Part shown: positions 58,553-64,000 of the stretch, one piece after another | How the letters are laid out: each line of letters begins with the position of its first letter | How positions within the stretch are numbered: the stretch's first letter is position 1 | Origin: an uncultured bacterium | Lineage (GTDB): Bacteria; Patescibacteriota; Minisyncoccia; Phycocordibacterales; CAIRYW01 | Reading direction: 5' to 3' | Assembly (NCBI GenBank): GCA_963766885.1 | Contig: CAVYBO010000001.1 | Span: forward strand, 196,352-260,351 | DNA length: 64,000 nucleotides | Position numbers and translations under genes: made by a program | Notes under the pieces: model-generated | Told to the model about the DNA's origin: nothing | The model's input: only the letters and a program-made list of their open reading frames with translations | Databases searched by the model: none

Positions 58553-58687
58553 ATGCTCGACATGGTACGGGAAATCGGAACCTTCTGGAAGCACAACAAA
58601 GAGCTTATTTGGCTGCCGAATATCAAGCAGGGATTCTTTGGAATTACGCAGCCGACGGCTAAGGAGATGGCGAATTTCCGACCGTAA
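58553..58687 (+). other. 44-codon ORF/gene remnant beginning with an in-register motif copy
   Basis: MLDMVREIGTFWKHNKELIWLPNIKQGFFGITQPTAKEMANFRP; LDMVREIGTFW aligns with LRVVEDVRIFL. Confidence 0.45.
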
Positions 58688-58698
58688 AAGACACAAAC

Positions 58699-58720
58699 AA
58701 AAACCCGCACATTGGCGGGC
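58699..58720 (-). terminator. terminator after hsp20
   Basis: CCCGC-ACATTG-GCGGG with an A-run on the left. Confidence 0.7.
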
Positions 58721-58742
58721 CTTTGTTTAACATTTCTCTCAC

Positions 58743-59210
58743 TTACTCAACCTCTATCTTTACTTTCTTCTTTATCTCTTCCTCAGACTTCGGCAATGTG
58801 ATGGATAGTACGCCATTCTTTGACTTGGCAACGATGCCATCTTTTTTGACTCTGGCAGGGAGAGCGAACTCTCTGCGGAACTCACCGAACTCACGTTCGT
58901 AACGATACACTTTGCCGTTCTTATCTTTAGATTTGTCCTCTTTCTCAATCTTGCCGGAGAGCGATAGGTAATCATCTCCGACCTCAACGTTGATCTTCTC
59001 CGCATCGATGCCTGGAATATTAGCTGTCACCTTTATCTCATTCTCTGTTTCCTCAACATCTACCTTAGGAAACAGCGTGCTGACGTTGCCGAGTCCGCGA
59101 TTGCGGAAGAGGCTCGGTGCCATCATGCTAAAGGGGTCCAGTGCATCATCGAAGAATCTATCAATGAGTGAGAGAGAATTGTTGTCTACCTTTTTGATTG
59201 CTGTATTCAT
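58743..59210 (-). CDS. Hsp20/alpha-crystallin small heat-shock protein
   Basis: PKVDVEETENE..V.A.IPG, ER..G.F.R...LP, A...NGVL.I.LPK. Confidence 0.96.
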   Translation of the reverse strand: MNTAIKKVDNNSLSLIDRFFDDALDPFSMMAPSLFRNRGLGNVSTLFPKVDVEETENEIKVTANIPGIDAEKINVEVGDDYLSLSGKIEKEDKSKDKNGKVYRYEREFGEFRREFALPARVKKDGIVAKSKNGVLSITLPKSEEEIKKKVKIEVE

Positions 59211-59473
59211 AGGAGTGTTGATGATTAGATTCTGGTAATGCCCTTGGTATCGATCATGTCCAAGAGTGATGGGTGATTTAGAAAACTATCGGTTTTCTGG
59301 TACTCGCTTCGTGCGAGCTTATCTACACATTATTTAATTGTGTGGATTATGTGGCATCAGAAATGTAACGAATGAATTTCTCGAGCCACCTTTTGTTTTG
59401 AGTTCACATTGTTTGACTTAAGTATCATTACTTTTTTCTATACCACAGTGAGTGACCACCTCACTGTACACAC

Positions 59474-59505
59474 TATTAAACGTTAATAGTTTGAAAAGGT
59501 GTCAT
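59474..59505 (-). promoter_or_regulatory. ECF-type promoter toward hsp20
   Basis: ATGACACCTTTT-N10-ACGTTTAATA; both arms identical to the 60164 copy. Confidence 0.8.
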
Positions 59506-59506
59506 C

Positions 59507-60091
59507 CTACGTATCCAAAAACTGTGGTTTGGTCTGCGTGCGTTTTTTGTCCGCAAATTCCGCGATATCCTTAATGTGCGGATGTTCCTTAAGTTTTTTC
59601 TTAGTTCGGGAAAGTGAAAGCTTAACAGCATTCTCCGTAGTGCCTGTGGCAGTAGCGATATCTTTCATAGACATGTCTTGTTGGTAATGCATGAGAAGTT
59701 TGTCTCGGTTTGATTGCGGTAAGTCTTGAATAGCACGCCAGAGAGCTTCAGCGTCAGACTTCTTCTCGATGTCCTCAGTAACTTCGTATGGGATATCCTC
59801 AATCGCTTCAAACGGCAGCGACTTCGGCTTGCGGTAGTGATCGACGAGTACATTGTGAGCGATAGTGATGAGGTATGTGAGATATGAATATCCTCGATTC
59901 TGGAAACGATTGAGATATTGAAAGCCTCGCAAAAAAGTCTCTTGCATTAGGTCTTCTGAAAGCATTTTGTCATGCCCTGTGCGGTACCAGAAATAGTTAA
60001 AAACCTTGTCGGAATATTTGGTGTAGAGTTTCTCATATTCCTTGGGGTTTTGCTTTGCTAGGGCAACTAATTGTATGTCGTCATTATTCAT
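59507..60091 (-). CDS. ECF RNA polymerase sigma factor with short C-terminal extension
   Basis: LY.KY..KV.NY, EDLMQETF, IAHN.LVDHYR, DIA...G.TENAVK..LSR. Confidence 0.95.
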   Translation of the reverse strand: MNNDDIQLVALAKQNPKEYEKLYTKYSDKVFNYFWYRTGHDKMLSEDLMQETFLRGFQYLNRFQNRGYSYLTYLITIAHNVLVDHYRKPKSLPFEAIEDIPYEVTEDIEKKSDAEALWRAIQDLPQSNRDKLLMHYQQDMSMKDIATATGTTENAVKLSLSRTKKKLKEHPHIKDIAEFADKKRTQTKPQFLDT

Positions 60092-60163
60092 ACGTTGCCC
60101 CTATTTTATCAATTTTTTCAGGAATGTTAATTTACTTGTTTTTTTATTTATACATGAGAAAGC

Positions 60164-60195
60164 ATGACACCTTTTTGAGGGGGATACGTTTAATA
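60164..60195 (+). promoter_or_regulatory. ECF-type promoter toward the secreted protein
   Basis: ATGACACCTTTT-N10-ACGTTTAATA. Confidence 0.8.
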
Positions 60196-60266
60196 TGACG
60201 TCAATGGTCAGGCGGAGTGGTCGGCCGCCGGAGGATAGGCTTTTTAACCATAGCTTTTGTCAAAAT

Positions 60267-60647
60267 ATGAAAACAAACGTACATAAAATAAGTATCTCAG
60301 TAGTTGCTTGGTTTGTAGCCGCCTTGATGTTAATGACGGCAACAGTGGCCCATGCCCAAACAGCATCTTCGAGTCCCTATGTAACAACGTCGACGACGCC
60401 TGATGGCGGCGTCAGCGTCCAGATGAACTTGCCAAATAATTTTAAGGGTCAGGTCTATACGGTATATAAAGATGGAAAATGGCAAACATTCTCAACGACG
60501 ACACCCCTAACAAGTACGGATATTACTTCTATGCAAAAGGAGATACAGGATGAGCAGAACGCTATGCAACAACTATTTGCCGAACAACAGAAACTGTTTG
60601 AGCAAGAACAGCAGATGTTTCAAAACCTCTGGAGTAATCCGTGGTAA
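60267..60647 (+). CDS. secreted protein with Gln/Met-rich C-terminal helix
   Basis: Signal peptide ending VAHA-Q; start at 60267 preferred because 60195 overlaps the -10 box. Confidence 0.8.
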   Translation: MKTNVHKISISVVAWFVAALMLMTATVAHAQTASSSPYVTTSTTPDGGVSVQMNLPNNFKGQVYTVYKDGKWQTFSTTTPLTSTDITSMQKEIQDEQNAMQQLFAEQQKLFEQEQQMFQNLWSNPW

Positions 60648-60656
60648 AAGATTACT

Positions 60657-61103
60657 TTATTTTTCTCCACGAATTGGATGGAGATGCGCTGCAATGCCGA
60701 TGGCGGCGGCAATGATGACGAGATTCTTGATGATGTACTGGCCTTCAAGCGTCGGCACAAGGAAGCCGGACCATGTCTCCTGCGGGATGAGGAATAGCGG
60801 CAGGAACGTGGTGATCATGTGCAGGAAAAGGAGCGGTATGACTACACGTTCACATCCCTTGAACAAGAACAAAAGGCCGATGAGCATTTCAAAGAGTCCG
60901 AACAGGACGATGAATACGGAAAAGGGCATGAACGGAATGGTGTGCTGAAAGAGAGCTTGGACGAGCGGAGTAGCAGGGCTTGCACCAAATACTTTCAACG
61001 CTCCGAACCAAAAAAAGACCACGAACAACCCGATCCTTGCTATCGGCTCGGATATTTTTCTGAAGAAATGGATTATTTCAATATCGAGACTGCGGAGCTT
61101 CAT
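60657..61103 (-). CDS. DoxX/YkgB(RclC)-like membrane protein
   Basis: R..LFVVF.WFG.LK, G.FE..IG, EGQYIIKNL. Confidence 0.85.
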   Translation of the reverse strand: MKLRSLDIEIIHFFRKISEPIARIGLFVVFFWFGALKVFGASPATPLVQALFQHTIPFMPFSVFIVLFGLFEMLIGLLFLFKGCERVVIPLLFLHMITTFLPLFLIPQETWSGFLVPTLEGQYIIKNLVIIAAAIGIAAHLHPIRGEK

Positions 61104-61124
61104 GCGTATATTCTAGCACGCAAA

Positions 61125-61430
61125 TCATTTCTGATTCTCGCGATGTTCCAAGAGCTTCTCCGCCGGCGAAAGGCCGCCGATGATCTTGTGTGGAAAATAA
61201 TTCCAGGCATCATTGATCGCATCCATGATGTTTTCGAGCTCGGCTGCGCTCTGTCCGGTGTCGAACATGGCGATGACATCGGTCAGGTCGTCCTGGCCAT
61301 CTTCGTTGTAGATGATGTCCTTGATATGATCCACGGTAAAATCGCTTTTTGTTTCCGCCAGAAAATCAGCAAGCTCCTGCTCGATTTCTCCTCTTTTTGC
61401 CAGAATTTGCTCTTTTGACTCGATTTCCAT
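61125..61430 (-). CDS. acidic hypothetical protein
   Basis: 101-aa ORF ending AWNYFPHK..GGLSP.E. Confidence 0.75.
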   Translation of the reverse strand: MEIESKEQILAKRGEIEQELADFLAETKSDFTVDHIKDIIYNEDGQDDLTDVIAMFDTGQSAAELENIMDAINDAWNYFPHKIIGGLSPAEKLLEHRENQK

Positions 61431-61526
61431 ATGTTTACAAGTATAGCTTGTTTTTCTCCTTTTTGACCAGTATAATACTTGTACTGTGCAAAAAAGGCAA
61501 TTTATGCCCAGTACAGCTAAAATACT

Positions 61527-62810
61527 ATGCTTAAATCGACTGTTTTAAAGCAAAAAGAGGAAAAAGAGCGTCTTTTGTCACTTCCTTACATAGAGCGAAC
61601 AAAGGAAAAAGAGGCTAAAAAATGGCTCTCATCTGACCTCATAAAAGTTATTCTCGGACCACGCCGCGCAGGCAAGTCGGTATTTTCGCTGATGCTGCTC
61701 AAGGATCAGTCTTTTGCCTATTTTAATTTTGATGACGAATCTCTTCCTGGTGAAGATCAGCTCGACCTCAATGAGTTGATGCAAGAATTAAAACTTGCCT
61801 ACGGAGATACAAAATATATTCTTTTTGATGAAATACAAAACCTACCAAAATGGGAATTGTTCGTAAACAGATTGCACCGAGAAGGATACAATCTTGTTAT
61901 TACTGGATCAAATGCACGCCTTCTTTCAAAAGAACTAGCGACGGCACTTACCGGACGACATATACCAATACAAATACTACCGTTCGACTTTAATGAAATA
62001 CTTAAGGCTAAAGGATTCGAACTTACAGAGCAAAATCTTGCGTCACCTGCTGGTTCTGGCCAACTTCTACAGATTCTAAATCAATACATGACAAACGGCG
62101 GCTATCCCGAAGTCGTGCTTAAAGATGTTGATCCTCGAGGTTATCTTGATGTGCTTTTTGACTCACTACTTTTCAAGGATGTAGTACGAAGACACCATGT
62201 GCGCTTCTCAGGACAGATAGACGGTCTTGGGACGTATCTTGTAAACAATTTCACTTCGCTCTATAGCATACGAAAGATGACGACTGCGCTCGGTTCAAAG
62301 AGCGGCACAACTATTGAGAAATACCTGGGATATCTCACTGAAGCATATTTAATATTCACTCTGAATCGATTTTCAGCGAAAGTTGGTCTCCGGTTGCGAT
62401 CGCCAAAGAAGGCATATGTGGTTGATAACGGATTCGTGGCAGCAAAGGCGGTCCAGCATTCTCCAAACAATGGCAAGCTCATGGAAAACCTCGTCTTTAC
62501 TGAACTCGTAAAGCAAGGCAATGAACCGAACAGAGAATTGTTCTATTACCACACCAGAAATCACAAAGAGGTAGATTTTGTAGTTAAAAAAGGAAATGAA
62601 GTAATTGAGCTTATACAAGTTTGTTACGAGGCAAGTAATCCCGAAGTTGAACAAAGAGAAGTACGTGCTCTTCTTGAGGCTGGAGAAGAACTTAATGTAA
62701 GCAAGCTCACTGTCCTTACATGGAATGATAAACGTGAGTTAAAGAAAGGCGATATGACTATTGTCTTTACCCCACTCTATCAATGGCTTCTTGATCTAAA
62801 TAAAAACTAA
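61527..62810 (+). CDS. AAA_14-family ATPase with DUF4143-type C-terminus
   Basis: GPRRAGKS, FDEIQN, ITGSN, L.GR, GGYPE, K.Y.VD.G, EVDF, LIQV. Confidence 0.92.
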   Translation: MLKSTVLKQKEEKERLLSLPYIERTKEKEAKKWLSSDLIKVILGPRRAGKSVFSLMLLKDQSFAYFNFDDESLPGEDQLDLNELMQELKLAYGDTKYILFDEIQNLPKWELFVNRLHREGYNLVITGSNARLLSKELATALTGRHIPIQILPFDFNEILKAKGFELTEQNLASPAGSGQLLQILNQYMTNGGYPEVVLKDVDPRGYLDVLFDSLLFKDVVRRHHVRFSGQIDGLGTYLVNNFTSLYSIRKMTTALGSKSGTTIEKYLGYLTEAYLIFTLNRFSAKVGLRLRSPKKAYVVDNGFVAAKAVQHSPNNGKLMENLVFTELVKQGNEPNRELFYYHTRNHKEVDFVVKKGNEVIELIQVCYEASNPEVEQREVRALLEAGEELNVSKLTVLTWNDKRELKKGDMTIVFTPLYQWLLDLNKN

Positions 62811-62814
62811 ATCT

Positions 62815-63003
62815 ATGAATCCCGTTGCAAACCAAAACAAAATAGAAACCTACATCAAGTGCAAGAAGTGCGGCACTGAGATTCACTTTGAAACGCGAGG
62901 TGGTCTAACTCCATGTAAATGTGGGGCTATTTCTGTTGACGGGTCCAAAGACCTTGTAAGGTTTCTTGGTAATCCTGAGGATTATGAGGAGGTACAAAAA
63001 TAA
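62815..63003 (+). CDS. small zinc-ribbon protein
   Basis: CKKCG..I....CKCGAI.VDG. Confidence 0.75.
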   Translation: MNPVANQNKIETYIKCKKCGTEIHFETRGGLTPCKCGAISVDGSKDLVRFLGNPEDYEEVQK

Positions 63004-63007
63004 TTAT

Positions 63008-63811
63008 ATGGACCTATCACACTTAGATAAAAAATACTTCATAGACGCACACAAATACAATTGTCCTTTTTGTAAGCGTAATCATGTTACCTACAGATTA
63101 GTGGATAAATTTTCTTTCGACTGGGGAGATAACAAGGTATGTCATGGATATTTAATAAAATGTAATTCCGACGGTTGCGAGAAGAAATCCATGCATTTGA
63201 GCTTTAAAGAGCTACGAGAAGGTTATGTTCAATATAATCAGCAACATTATTACGAACGGTTTGCTAATAATATTGATATAGATAAAGAATTATTCTTTTC
63301 TCAGCCAACATCTTACTTTGTGCTCGATAACAGAATTCCTGAGAAGATAAGAGAACTACTTTATGAAGCCGAAAAATCAAGGCAATCTAACTTACTCGTC
63401 GGTGCTTCCGCATGTCTAAGGAAAGCTATCTATGAGTTAATCGGGTACGAAAAAGTTGTTGTAAAAAATCCAAAGACAGGCTATGCCGATTATCAAGAGA
63501 GTATCAAGGCACTTAAGGCAAAGTTTTCTTTTGTAGCCTCAGAATTGTTTGATGCATTGGGTCATATTCAGGAATTGGCTAGCGATTCGGTGCATGAAGG
63601 ATCCTGGGAAGCATGGGATTCGTCGAAACTAACGATATTAATTGAGCTTACCAAAGCTATTCTTCACGAGATGTATGTTGTTCCTGAAGAGCGAAAAGGT
63701 AGGCTTGGGGTTCTGAATCAGATAAAATCTGCATTCTCAAGTTCAAAAAATACAGAACCGACAGTCATCGAAGAGGTTGAATCAACTGAAGGTGAAAGTG
63801 AAACAAAATAA
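63008..63811 (+). CDS. DUF4145-like (HEPN-related) protein with N-terminal Cys cluster
   Basis: CPFC..C...C; IP..IR....EA, GA...LRKA.YE, C-terminal ...VH. Confidence 0.7.
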   Translation: MDLSHLDKKYFIDAHKYNCPFCKRNHVTYRLVDKFSFDWGDNKVCHGYLIKCNSDGCEKKSMHLSFKELREGYVQYNQQHYYERFANNIDIDKELFFSQPTSYFVLDNRIPEKIRELLYEAEKSRQSNLLVGASACLRKAIYELIGYEKVVVKNPKTGYADYQESIKALKAKFSFVASELFDALGHIQELASDSVHEGSWEAWDSSKLTILIELTKAILHEMYVVPEERKGRLGVLNQIKSAFSSSKNTEPTVIEEVESTEGESETK

Positions 63812-63815
63812 TTAT

Positions 63816-64000
63816 ATGAATAAAAAGGAAGCATCAGCAAGAATAAAAATAAACAAACTCCTTGAGGAATCCGGATGGCGTTTTGACGCTGATAAGAACG
63901 GTCCAGTAAACATACAGCTTGAGCCAGGAGTTAAATATTCTGAACTTGGTGATGACTTTGAACACGAGGCTCATGGTTTTATAGACTTTCTGCTTTTAGA
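63816..64000 (+). CDS. hsdR: type I restriction endonuclease R subunit, N-terminus (runs off window end)
   Basis: Manual translation MNKKEASARIKINKLLEESGWRF...NIQLE...GFIDFLLL, typical of the EcoAI-like HsdR N-terminus. Confidence 0.75.
   Translation, partial: MNKKEASARIKINKLLEESGWRFDADKNGPVNIQLEPGVKYSELGDDFEHEAHGFIDFLLL

Noticed and set aside
60550-61418. Plus-strand ORFs of 132 and 199 aa
   Set aside because: Antisense to two coherent minus-strand genes.
1-64000. tRNA, rRNA, tmRNA or known riboswitches
   Set aside because: No T-arm/acceptor-stem pattern or recognisable aptamer found by eye; a tRNAscan/Rfam run is needed to exclude them.

Overview
AT-rich bacterial chromosome segment with the gene content and compact protein forms typical of Patescibacteria/CPR (Parcubacteria-like; assignment inferred, not proven). 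1-29 kb is housekeeping: dnaE (partial), rnhB, rpmF, nusB-NUDIX fusion, rnc, a short hinge-less smc, rpsP, khpA, trmD, rpoB, rpoC (one-base frameshift), dnaG, rpoD, a UvrD-nuclease fusion, dsbA, a truncated hisS, truB and typA. 29-53 kb is envelope/transport: DedA, DedA-PAP2, uppP, glycosyltransferases, an ECF/MacAB-like operon, an ABC importer, a MarR-EmrAB-like operon, an ApbE/FMN-binding pair and mltG. 53.4-64 kb is an accessory region. Its main feature is a same-orientation ~45-bp motif (core GTTGAGGATGTTAGAAT, reading as peptide L-x-x-V-E-D-V-R-[IT]-F-L) recurring between short unrelated genes that carry their own promoters and terminators. This suggests a non-integron gene-cassette array, but no recombinase is visible in the window. 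It is followed by an ECF sigma/Hsp20/secreted-protein module with two matching promoter boxes, an AAA ATPase, a DUF4145-like gene and the start of a type I restriction hsdR. No rRNA, tRNA or CRISPR array was recognised.
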